Shown: positions 14,101-26,100 of the stretch, piece by piece | Layout of the letters: each line of letters opens with the position of its first letter | How positions within the stretch are numbered: the first letter of the stretch is position 1 | Assembly: GCA_040954595.2 (NCBI GenBank) | Contig: CM082590.2 | Location: 9,326,088 to 9,390,087, forward strand | Direction: 5' to 3' | DNA: 64,000 bases | Source: Balanoglossus misakiensis | Lineage: Eukaryota > Animalia > Hemichordata | Notes under the pieces: model-generated | Told to the model about the DNA's origin: nothing | Seen by the model: only the letters and a program-made list of their open reading frames with translations | Databases searched by the model: none | Program-made: the position numbers and the translations under genes

Positions 14101-17100
14101 GTCTCACCTTTCTTGCAAATCTCACCTTTCTTGTCTCACCTTTCTTGCAAATCTCACCTTTCTTGAGGGTCATTTCATGATATTCTCATGTCATTTGATC
14201 GTCAGGTACATACACGCCACCGATGAGGAATTTGCTGTGTTCCAGTGTCCTATATTCAAAGGCTGTGTCATCTGTGTGACTGGTTTGGAGAGCGATAAAC
14301 GCAGAGATGTTAGTCTCCTGACTCAAGAAAACGGTAAGACTCAACTCCCTGTTCATATTAGCCCCCCCCCCCCCCTCAAAAACTGATTATAATACCTGTT
14401 GAGAGGGGAGAGAGAGATTGGGGAAAGAGAGAGTTAGAGGGTGGGAAGAGGGAAAGATGGGGGAGAGAGACAGAGAAAGATGGAGAGAGAGAGGGGGGAG
14501 AGAGAGACTGAGAGAGAGCGACACTGCAAACTCCTCGTCTCTCTCTCTTAATAATAAACTAAACTGCTACACCAAAAAATTGGCTTATTCAATTTCTTTA
14601 ATAGCGATAAAGGTAGGTAACTGAGGTCTGGATACACACTATCCAGTATATTTTTGGGGTATTTGCATAATTGTACATTTTGTAAGAAATTAACGAAAAC
14701 AGTACAAAATAATGCTGCTAATGACCATATGTTGGTTGAACAGTTGTCCATACGCTTGGAAAATTCCTCAAATTTGATAATAAAGTCACAGAAAGTGAAA
14801 TTACCTCTTGTAAATTCACAACCTGAGCTATGATAAAGTTTTGACTATCATGTGACATTTTGATCAGTAGAAATTTGACCTTAAATTCTCTTTAAAGAAC
14901 TAAAGAAATATCTGGGTATTGTGAATAACTCTGAATATATGAACTCCTTAGAAAGTCTTTGCTGTGTTACTTACTGACTTTCAATCTTGGGTAAATGAAT
15001 GTTGTTTCTGCTGTCATTGGCAGATTTAGTGTAAGAGCTGTTAAATTAACAGTTTTAAGATCCTTCATGGTTTGGGCTTTGGTTTTGGTTTCGGTGGTAG
15101 TGGTGGCTTTGTCCCTGGTTTTGGATTGTTTGTGTTGCGAACTGATACATCGGAGGATCTTGTAGTGGCACTGGCAGGCTGTGATGATGGTGGTGGTGGT
15201 CGAATCATATTCTGGTATGTATTTTCAGTCTTCCTGTGCGATGTTGTGACTCTACTTTGATTTTGCTGGCCACTGGTTGATTTAGCTGCCAAAAATGAAT
15301 GCACATTGGATGGCTTTCTTAATTTGGGCTTTGGTTTCAACGGCGGCTTGGTTTTTTTTGCACAATCCACTGGTGTCGGATTAGTGTTGTCAGATGGCGT
15401 TGGTGATGGGTATTTCGGATTCTGTGTTGGCTGAATTTCACGACTTTCAGACTTTGCTGGTGGTGATAGGAGATTATTCTGCATATTCTTCTGTATTGGT
15501 TTGGGCTTTGGTTTCACTGGTGGTGGCGTTATATGTGCGTTTTGGTTTCTTTTTTTATCTGGTAGTGTCTTATTGGTGTTTCCAGACTTTGTTTCATCAA
15601 AAGAGTACTGTTGTGTAACCGAAACCCCCTCTTGTATGGGACTCAATGTTACATTTGAAGACATCTCACCATCCGGTAAGCCACTCGATGATCCCAGCTT
15701 GTCATCAGCCTCACTTGCAGTTTCTGTGTTGTGTCCTGTATCTAACACCAAATCTGCAGAATTTTCATCTTGGCTTTGGGTCGTTGAAACTTCACAATTT
15801 CCATCTGTGAATTTGCTGTTAGCTTTTTCAGCATTTTCAGCTTCGACCTGCTTTATTTCAGCCTGTATTATGTTACGAGCAAAATCATTTCCTATCGCCT
15901 TGATCTTGTCTTCCAGCAGTTTTAGTTTTTCCAGGAGAGGATCGCATTTGCCTACTAGTTTCGAAAAGAAAAATGCCAGCAGACGGCTTGTTTTTTTCCC
16001 TTCAATGGTCTCTACTGAGTTTATCTGTACTGGTGTTAGACCCAGTTCTGCAGCAAATGCTTGCCAGTCAGCATGTCCATGACGATTTGGATCAAGAACT
16101 TCACACAGTTTTTGCCATGTGTCTGGTTTCAAAGAACTATCCAGTGGTGACCAGTTTGGATTCCACTTCCGATAAAGTTCTTCACCTGTCTTCTTTCGAC
16201 CCTCTGGGTTTTGGTCCTGTCGTAAATTAAACAGAATAAATAAAACTTAAAACAACATTGCATTTTGAATGCTAAATGCATATGTACCATCCTTATATTA
16301 GGTTTCTTTTGCAACACTTATACTATGGTGGTGTCTTAAATTGGACAATGTTTTGCTGTATTCTGTGATGGAGTTTGATTGTGGTTCATCAAATTTTCCT
16401 TTTAGAGCTTGCAAGTCTGTTATGTAGAGAAACTCTCTGATACAGTGTGAGCTTATCCACTTGGAAACTTAGTTCAGATATGCAGTATTACAGTAAAACC
16501 TGTCTAAACCGAAACCGGTGTAATCTGGAAACCTGTCTACACTGAACACTTTTTTTCCATCTTTGACACACATGTTAAAAGAACCTCTATAAAGAGGACA
16601 CCTCTCCAAAACAAACAGTTTCTTCAGGCCCTTTGGTGTTCGGTTTAGACAGGTTATAAACTGTACAGTAAAACTCAAATTATCCGAACTCCAATTATCC
16701 GAATTGTTTGGTTATCCGAACTGCTGTCATGTCCCCCAAACAGTACTATTGTATACAACTGTTATCCGAATATCCGAACTGTCTGCATATCCGAACAAAA
16801 TCAATGTCCCCCTGTCAGTTCGGATAATTGGAGTTTTACTGTATATGAAACAAGGGAATGAACCTAAACCCATAATTCCCATAATTTTATACTAAAACAA
16901 ACTAAATGGTTCAATGTTCAGTTTGTTGTTACATGTACCTGACTTACATCAGTGTTTCTGTCACTGTCCTCTCTGTCAATGATAAAAGTCATATCATAGT
17001 CGTCTTCGGATACATCGAAAGACAAGGAGAGTGCACATCGTAAATCTGGCGTGCTAGTGTTCTGGTCTCCTGGTGTACCGACAAAATCCAGGATGAACTT

Positions 17101-20100
17101 GCAGTCTGCAACAATGGAATCTCCACTTACACAACTTCCAATGTCTTTTGTTTTAATCACCTGCAAAGATAACCATGTGGTCATGTAGAACGTGTACGAC
17201 TTAGAAGCAAAATCTTGTGTGTTTATTGATTTACCACCTTGTCAGCCTTCACTCAGGATTAACACTATGATAGGCCCACACATTTTCGTATGTGTGCAGG
17301 GATAAATCTCCCAAAACTTGCATTCTCCGAATCAGTTTTTTCTATGGGAAGGTTGGACCTCTATAGAGGGAACTGGGAATGAAAGGGTTAAAGACTTAGA
17401 ATAGAAAATTGTACCTACCTGGAAAGATGTACTTCCCCATACTTTCCATCCTTCATAGATATCCTTTGGTGTGATCTTTAACTTGGTGTCTTTGTTGCTA
17501 ACCATGATTTGTTTACACTCTTGCCAATTTTTCCTGTTGCTAGGCTGGAATAACAAAAGGGGGTACATTTTGAATTTTGCACCAAAGTCCATCTTCATGA
17601 TCACTTGTATACATGTATGCGTATACTGTTCAACTCTTAAGGCATCAGGCAGACCTGACTTTGTTACATTTTACCCTTCATATAGGCCAGTAAAGACTAG
17701 TCTATCCATTTTGGGTTTGTTTATTGCCTCTGTTGCAATGAGAATTGCGTATTGGAACTGCCCATCAGAATTCTCTACCCAAAGATGAACAAGTTGTGCA
17801 TGTACACTGCCGAACAGGCTCAACAACTTACCTGTTCTTTCACGTCTTCTGTATGAAGGTCACTTTGCATGTCATTCCAAGCACCAATGTGGATATCACA
17901 GCTGTTAGTGTTATCGCTCCTGTATTTACCCCTTACACCAATCACCACTCTCCGTTGGCCAGTTCCTTCCTCGTCCTCTGCCTTGGCTGCAAACTTGGTA
18001 AAATGGCGCAGAAAGAGAACTATGGAGCCGTCGTTGACTATCATGTTGTCGTTAGATAGATCAGTGCATTTGCCATCGCTGGAATCAGTGATTCCTGTAA
18101 ACTTCCACGCGTCGTTACTGACTGCACAGTGGGGTAGTGTAAGGGCCACTTCTGTTTCGAAAGTTGCCCCGTCTGGACCACAGGTGACCACTGGAGTGAG
18201 AACCATTTCCCCAGAATACGTTGGATCATTCTCAAACTCGCCAACGTAAAAGTATACCGGCTGCCTTATACCTTTCTTAACAGCATCTGGAGGGATGTAG
18301 AGTGTTATGTTCCCAGGAGACATCTTCAGGTAGCCGCCACGATCATCGAAGACACTCCCAACAAAGTTGTCCACAGTATCATGGTGATATGCTTCGCCAA
18401 TCTCACACGTAGCAGCAAATTTGTAGAAATCACCAATAACATCATTTGAGCAGGATACCTGTATAATTTTTAAAGAAAATACTTTGTCAGTCACATACAG
18501 CGTCACTTTTATATTGTTCTCTTGAAACTTAGAATGAGAAAATATAGTTTTTACTATTTGCTTCAAAGAAGTTCTTTAAAACTGGTACTTTGTGTGTGTA
18601 AAATTTGAAAGACCATGTATGCAATTGTAAGTCAATGCAGACTATTACTTTGATGTGAACATACCGATTTATTAGCCCTACTGCTTGATGGCAGATCTTC
18701 TTGTGTTTTCTGTTCCATTGCCTTTGATTTAGGTGATCGGGAATCTGAAACTTCTTTACGTTGTCTGTCACTTCCATCGCTGATAGTTTTCGAATTCTGT
18801 AGTGGGAGAATATCTTCATAGTCCTGTTGATCTCCTTCATAATTGCTTTGACCTCTGATCTTCCCTTGAAGTTGAATTTGGGTGTCTTCTATGTCCTCGC
18901 CTACAACTGCGTATTCAGCCAAGTCTTGTAGAAAAAGAAAAACGTAGCTACCTTGCACCAATGTGGCATTACCAGGCAGAGTTGTCAGTTTGTCATCTCT
19001 TGGGTTGGTAATCGCTGTAAAGTTCCACGAGTTTGCATTCGCTGCGCAGTGTGGGAGAGTCAGAACGACTTCTCTCTTGAAAGTCGCTTCTTCAGGACCA
19101 CAGCTGACTATGGGACTAAGCACAACCTTGCCAGGTTGGATCTCTCTGTATGTGTACTCCTCTACAGAGCAGTACACAGGTTGCCTGTGTCCCTTCTCGA
19201 TGGCATCTGGTGGGATAAACATCACAATATCGCCAGCCGGCATCTTCAGGTACCCACCTCTGTCACCAAACACAGACCCAACAAAGTTATCCTGTTTGAA
19301 CAGCTGACCAATGTTACAATCAGCAGCAAACTTGTTGAATTGGTCGATCGCTGTCGTGATGTAAGATTTTTGAGACTCAGTCTGTTCTTCTAATGTACAT
19401 ATGATAAGATCATCTAATCTCATCATTTCTGCTTCAGGTTCCTTTTCAGAGTGCAATGGCAGAGTGGATTCTTCTGATTTTATGTTCGCCTCCTTCATTT
19501 TAGTTGGATACTGTCTTGCACTTGCCAAGTCCAGGTTTTCTGACATCAGTGTAGATCCACACTGCAATTGAGATAAACTTTCCCCAATTGTAATTTCTGT
19601 TGGTCGTTTATCTGTTGGTGTGAACAGTATGCTTTCAAAGGCAGTTTGACCAGAAAGTGATGCCTTTAAGTTTACATTACACTGATATCTCACTGATGAT
19701 AGTGAGAGATTACCATTGTCTCTCTCACTTAGTGACTTCACTTCACTGCTTTCTTCAGTGCTGGAGTCTGTGCTGGAGTCAAACATGTCGTCAGGAACTT
19801 GGTCCCTATGTTCAAGCGCCCCACTGTTTCTGTAAATTTCTCCAAAACCTGAATCTGGGCTTGCATTGGGTTGGGCCAGACTGCTTCTGTGAATTTCTCC
19901 AAAACGTGAATCTTGGCTTGCACTAGCATACGTCCGCCTGCTTCTGTGAATTTCTCCAAAACCTGAATCTGGGCTTGTATTGGGTTGGGCCAGACTGTTT
20001 CTGTGAATTTCTCCAAAACGTGAATCTTGGCTTGCACTAGCATACGTCCGACTGCTTCTGTGAATTTCTCCAAAACCTGAATCTGGGCTTGTATTGGGTT

Positions 20101-23100
20101 GGGCCAGACTGTTTCTGTGAATTTCTCCAAAACGTGAATCTTGGCTTGCACTAGCATACGTCCGCCTGCTTCTGTGAATTTCTCCAAAACCTGAATCTGG
20201 GCTTGTATTGGGTTGGGCCAGACTGTTTCTGTGAATTTCTCCAAAACGTGAATCTTGGCTTGCACTAGCATACGTCCGACTGCTTCTGTGAATTTCTCCA
20301 AAACGTGAATCTTGGCTTGCAATGGCATGGGCCAGACTGTTTCTGTGAATTTCTTCAATACTTTTCGGTCTAAATTCATAATGGCGGTCAATAAGATTGT
20401 GATCTTGGTATTTCTTTTCTTCAAAAGTCTCTGTATGAGGCTTTGTTTGAGACACGATTTCAGGTCCTTTTGGTGACACTTTTATCAAAGGGTTGGTGAA
20501 CTTGATTTGTGAATACTCCTGCATCTTCAATGGTTCTGTCATATTTCTCACAACATTAATAAACTGATGCACCTACTTGAGTTTTCTGTATATTCGAAAG
20601 ACAGTTGTGTAAGTTGTGGAAAATCTGTCAGATCCTTCTCTTCGATGCACCAAAGGTTTTGTGCGGTCGTCGATTCAGATCACCTGATCACTTCATATAC
20701 ACAAGTATCACCAATTGTTGTAACTACTTGCTACTTCTGTAGAGCAGAGATGGCACACTTACACAGTTACAGAAAAAATTCCTTCGTGACTCAAGCTGGG
20801 TATTCCAGATATCGCAGTCTTGTCCACGTCTTATGTCGACGATGTGTGGACAGAATCACAGCAGCCATTATACTAGATGTTTGTCCCACAAGAGAACATA
20901 GTTAATGACTTGGCTGGACCCCAGTGTCAGTGTTTAGCTTAGTGGCATGCCATTTCCTTATAAGTTATTGTCATCATTACACAATGATTGATGACTGCAG
21001 AATGACGCCAACACAGGTTTTTGAATGACAAGGTAGTATGTGTATTGATTGTGTTTGAGTAGTTTAGCAAAGGTGTACATGTTGAGGCATGCAAAATATG
21101 ACTTATGCTGAAAATAGGCCTGTCTGTTGAATCATGGCATGTGCTATTGATTGTTTTGTCTGGGTGTACATGTAAAAATAAAAACTTGAAGTGAGCTAAA
21201 AAGAGTCCTCTCTCTCTACGCCACTAGACAAGAAAGAATTGTGAAAATATACGATTTACTGAAGTTGTTCCATGGTATATAGTTGCATACTTGCCTGAAA
21301 AATGTGAATAAACTGTACAAGTTTTTGGTTTTCGTACAGGTTAGATTGATGACTAGAGCTTCTTTTGAAACGTGTTTGATATTTGGTATATATTCAGAGT
21401 AGCAGAGTGTACATATTATCCTTTTTTTTCTTTTCTTTTTTGTCAGTGACCTTCTCAGTATTGTATGTTCCTTTCAACAATTGTGCGATGGGCTGAGGCC
21501 TTGCATTGAATAATAAATATCACACAGTCACACCTTTGTCCAAAAATCCATAACTCTTTCTCAGGCAGCTTGTGGTGAAAATTGATGAATTTGTTTAACT
21601 TAGTTTTCAGTCGTAAATTGTTATTGATTTTTCCTAGTCACGCCGGTATTAAGTAAAATCTGTGTTGTGTCACAGATGGTTTTTGTGAACACACCGAGGT
21701 GGTCTTCACTAGCCCCACCTCCATTTCCTCGACCAATCAGCGCCGTTGGTGCTGACCTTTACTGCTTCGTTTCTGACCAATCAGCTTGGCCTGTGCACAC
21801 GGCCCTTAGCGTCAGACTGGCCGTCCTTTGTTTCCCCATTCATTCCTTCTTTCATTCAGTTCTCTGCTTGAGCCAGGTCACGTCGTCTTTATTTACTACG
21901 TAACTCCTCCATTTCAACCTGTGCTTTCATTCTTCGTCGTTACGTGTTCTAACCGAAGAAAAAATGCCCGCCAGACGTCGATCACGAGTCCCAACAGCTC
22001 AGCCGTACGTCAGACCGACTACCCGAGCTCAATCCCGTTCTTCAGCGACACCGGATGCCGTGTCTGCGTCGCCGAGTACCACCGATCTGGATAGACTGGT
22101 CACTGAGAACTGTGCGACTTCTGTTCAGGGCTACAACAACGAAGTTCCAGCCGATCGTCGTTCCTCTCCTGAATTTTCCGACGTCCCCCAAGGCAGTAGG
22201 CAAGAGCAGCAAAACAATTATGTAACTACTTCCATGTTTACATCTCTGCAAGACTCTGTCAACAACCTGACGCGCTTAGTTTTGGAACAGCAAAATCCAG
22301 GGTTCAGCAACAACGCACCCATGACGTCATCGCCGGTGACGTCACATCCGCCTATGGAGCAAAACGTACACACCAACGCTTTCCAAGATGGCGGCCGCGG
22401 CTCGGCCACTAACAACAACCATTCTGGCGCTACCAATGACCTCCTCCGTTCTCGCGGTATTTCCTCGGAAAATTTACCGCACGTCGAACTGGTATCACCC
22501 TCCCTTCGTCGAGATATTCTCGCAGGTAAGGACGTCAATTTGGCATGCCTGCTCATTCCGGGGTACACCTTCAACGATAGCCAGCGTCACATCGTTATCG
22601 GCGACGAGGCCCTGTCGCTGCGACCTTTACACGACACTCGAGTTCATCGCTCGCTTACAATCCAAGAATTCATTCTAGCCTTTTCGGTTTATAAAAATGT
22701 TATGTGCGAGGTTTATCCGAATCGCCGTGAAGAACTGGACGCATACCAACGAGATTTAGTCGACATGTCGCGTCGTTTTAGTGGCTTGGCCTTTTATGAG
22801 TACCATCGTGCATTTTCCGCTAGGGCCGCGGCTTTGCTGCAAAACCATAACATAAAAGTGGATTGGTCTCGCCGGGACACTACTTTATATTGTTCTATTT
22901 TCTCCGGCATGCGAGCAGTGCTGTGCAACCTGTGCGGAAGTGTAGCCCACGCTACCGAGATATGTCCGCAACTCGCTCCGGGCAGCAGGAAATCGGTTAA
23001 CTCCATCTCCGCACCACCGCAACCGCCATCACAGGACCGGCAGGGACGTCCCCGCGTTTTCCATCAGGATAAAGAACTCTGCAATAATTTCAATTCGCCC

Positions 23101-26100
23101 ACGGGTTGTAAAAAAGATAACTGTTCCTTCGCCCATTGCTGTTCCATCTGCTTCTCCGGCGACCACAGCAAAGCCCAGGGCAATTGCTCGGGCAAACAGC
23201 GACCCACCTAATTCAGTACTTAGGTAGATTGTCTAGTGACTGTTACCAGTTGTATATTAGAACCTCCGAGACCTCCTTGCGTCATGCTTTTCATGTGCTT
23301 GCCAGTCATTAGAGTGTTTCTTCTCGCGCTTGCCTTCTGATAAGTTTGCCTCCTTTTTCTTGTTTTACCACATGCCACCTGGGCTCGTACGGTCGACCCG
23401 TCCCCCAGAACCACACCCACCCAAGCCGCATCATTTTATGATCCCTTGGGCTACATCTTTCCATTGTCTCATTCGTTCCACCTGTTTCCACCTGGGCTCG
23501 CACGGTCGACCCGTCCCCCAGGACCCCCCTCCCCCCAAGCCGCATCATGTTATGATCCCTTGGGTGACATCTTTCCATTGTCTCATTCGTTCCACGCTCC
23601 CACCTGGGCTCGCACGGTCGACCCGTCCCCCAGGACCCCCTCCCCCCCCCCCAAGCCGCATCATTTTATGATCCCTTGGGCTCATTCGTTCCACGCTCCC
23701 ACCTGGGCTCGCACGGTCGACCCGTCCCCCAGGACCCCCTCCCCCCCAAGCCGCATCATTTTATGATCCCTTGGGCTCATTCATTCCACGCTCCCACCTG
23801 GGCTCGCACGGTCGACCCGTCCCCCAGGACCCCCTCCCCCCAAGCCGCATCATTTTATGATCCCTTGGGCTCATTCGTTCCACGCTCCCACCTGGGCTCG
23901 CACGGTCGACCCGTCCCCCAGGACCCCCTCCCCCCAAGCCGCATCATTTTATGATCCCTTGGGCTCATTCGTTCCACGCTCCCACCTGGGCTCGCACGGT
24001 CGACCCGTCCCCCAGGATCCCACTCCCACCATTTCCAACATCTCACCCATTTTCCTCTTTTCCACTTCCCTTTACTTTGGGGGTCAACTTCAGTCATTCT
24101 TCCTTCGTTTTGGGCCTTGGATTTCATCCTGACCCCCATCTCTCGGGAAGTGCACAACCTCCCTCACATTTCGGCCTGTCAGGATGGATCCACCCACAGG
24201 GCCAGGTTCGACCGCTTGACTGAAGGGGCCCCCTCCCAATTTTAGATTAGCTTTTTCTTTTGAATTGCTAGACTAGTGTATTTTAGTTTTATTGTTCATT
24301 TATTGACACTTGTGTTTTTCTCTGTAATTTATTAAGTTTTGTTAAGCGAGTTTCTTGTTCGGGTATTAAAAGCCTTACTTCTACCTCAATCCAGCGTGGT
24401 GTGTTTCACAAAGTAAAATCTGTGTTGTGTCACAGATGGTTTTTGTGAACACACCGAGGTGGTCTTCACTAGCCCCACCTCCATTTCCTCGACCAATCAG
24501 CGCCGTTGGTGCTGACCTTTACTGCTTCGTTTCTGACCAATCAGCTTGGCCTGTGCACACGGCCCTTAGCGTCAGACTGGCCGTCCTTTGTTTCCCCATT
24601 CATTCCTTCTTTCATTCAGTTCTCTGCTTGAGCCAGGTCACGTCGTCTTTCCCACCTCCACCCCGTTCTTCCACCTTTCCTTTCTCCCCTTCATTCCAGC
24701 GGTCTGCCTTGGATTTCATCCTGACCCCCATCTCTCGGGAAGTGCACAACCTCCCTCACATTTCGGCCTGTCAGGATGGATCCACCCACAGGGCCAGGTT
24801 CGACCGCTTGACTGAAGGGGCCCCCTCCCAATTTTAGATTAGCTTTTTCTTTTGAATTGCTAGACTAGTGTATTTTAGTTTTATTGTTCATTTATTGACA
24901 CTTGTGTTTTTCTCTGTAATTTATTAAGTTTTGTTAAGCGAGTTTCTTGTTCGGGTATTAAAAGCCTTACTTCTACCTCAATCCAGCGTGGTGTGTTTCA
25001 CAAATGTCAATAATCATTCACACCATGTTTGCTCACCATGTTTGTAATTAATATTGATTGTGTTTGAGTAGTTTAGTGCAAAACAGGCAGCTTGTGGTGA
25101 AAAATGATGAATTTGTAAGAAACATGTTAGTTTTCAGTCATAAATCATTAATATTGATTTTTCTAATCATAACAGGTCACGCGGTAAATGTCGGTAATCA
25201 CACCATGTTTGCACACCATGTTTGTAATCAATACCAAGTCAGTTCTTATCTATTATTTATACCTCCTTTGCATATGGGCGGAAACGCAAATCAAAGCTAT
25301 TATTTTTATTATCTTCTCCCCTGCAAATTATTGATCGAAATGTTACCTTGTGTTCTTGACAAACAATACACATGACAAAAGTTATTGTCACAAAATATTC
25401 ACTTAATCATAATAAAAGTTGGAGATGAGTACTTTAGCAAATTAATATTTCTAGACAAACCCAATACTTCGCCTGAACATCTATATTATTTCCTGAACTG
25501 GTATTTGTGACTCAAGTTTGTTTGCTGCTTGGTTTTAGCCAATTAGTTCATTGACTATTTTTAACAGAAGACATTCCAGGCACTTGGCACAGTCACTTAA
25601 CAATATCCGTTCTAATCATGACTGCATTCTACGTGTAAGTTTCAGTCCAGCTGCTGCTCATATTTCAGCTGTAAATTTATTTTCTCGGTGTCTTGTATGC
25701 GCGTGGGTTGGAGTGTGGAAAATCTTTGTGTAGCCATGTTAATAGAACTTGTAATAAAAGTATCATTCACCAAAATAGTTTACATCCTAAGCCTATAGTT
25801 AAGAGGATCTCTTTAGTGTAACAAAAATGTTGCTTGCCCAACTTCACACATGAACAAAAAGCAACAGTTAAACTCAGATTTTTTACATAATGCTGATTAA
25901 TTTATTAGATTTTTTTAGAAGATATCTTGATACTGAGATTTTTTTACAAACTGTCAGTTATTTATCAGATTTTGTTGCCATTATATATCTTGCAGGGGGC
26001 ACATACTCAGGTGAACTCAGACAGAATCAATGCACACACTTAGTGGTTGACGAGCCAAAAGGTAAGTCAGTAACTTGGTCTTCCAGAATTTATCTTCGTT

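Larger units (their letters stand above)
21651..25004 (+). mobile_element. Non-autonomous tyrosine-recombinase-class retrotransposon with split direct repeats (Ngaro/PAT type): A1-gag-array-B1-A2-B2
   Basis: A1 21651-21890 = A2 24411-24650 (240 bp); B1 24114-24412 = B2 24706-25004 (299 bp); I saw no mismatches by eye; no target-site duplication; single gag-like ORF; no RT/RNaseH/YR. Confidence 0.88.

Noticed and set aside
13491-14386. Three overlapping hydrophobic ORFs resembling membrane proteins
   Set aside because: Translation of a 32-bp minisatellite plus a MITE; only 14206-14333 is a real exon
23309-24223. Proline-rich ORFs downstream of gag as a possible pol remnant
   Set aside because: No RT (Y.DD), RNase H or YR (R-H-R-Y) motifs; they are translations of the hairpin array
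24114-24240. Possible self-cleaving ribozyme in repeat B (CATCCTGAC/GTCAGGATG and GGGCC/GGCCC stems)
   Set aside because: Stems are visible but I could not find a hammerhead core (CTGATGA..GAAA) or build an HDV double pseudoknot by eye; needs an Infernal search
21651-25004. LTR retrotransposon or solo-LTR interpretation
   Set aside because: Repeat order is A..B-A-B, without TG..CA ends, PBS or target-site duplication
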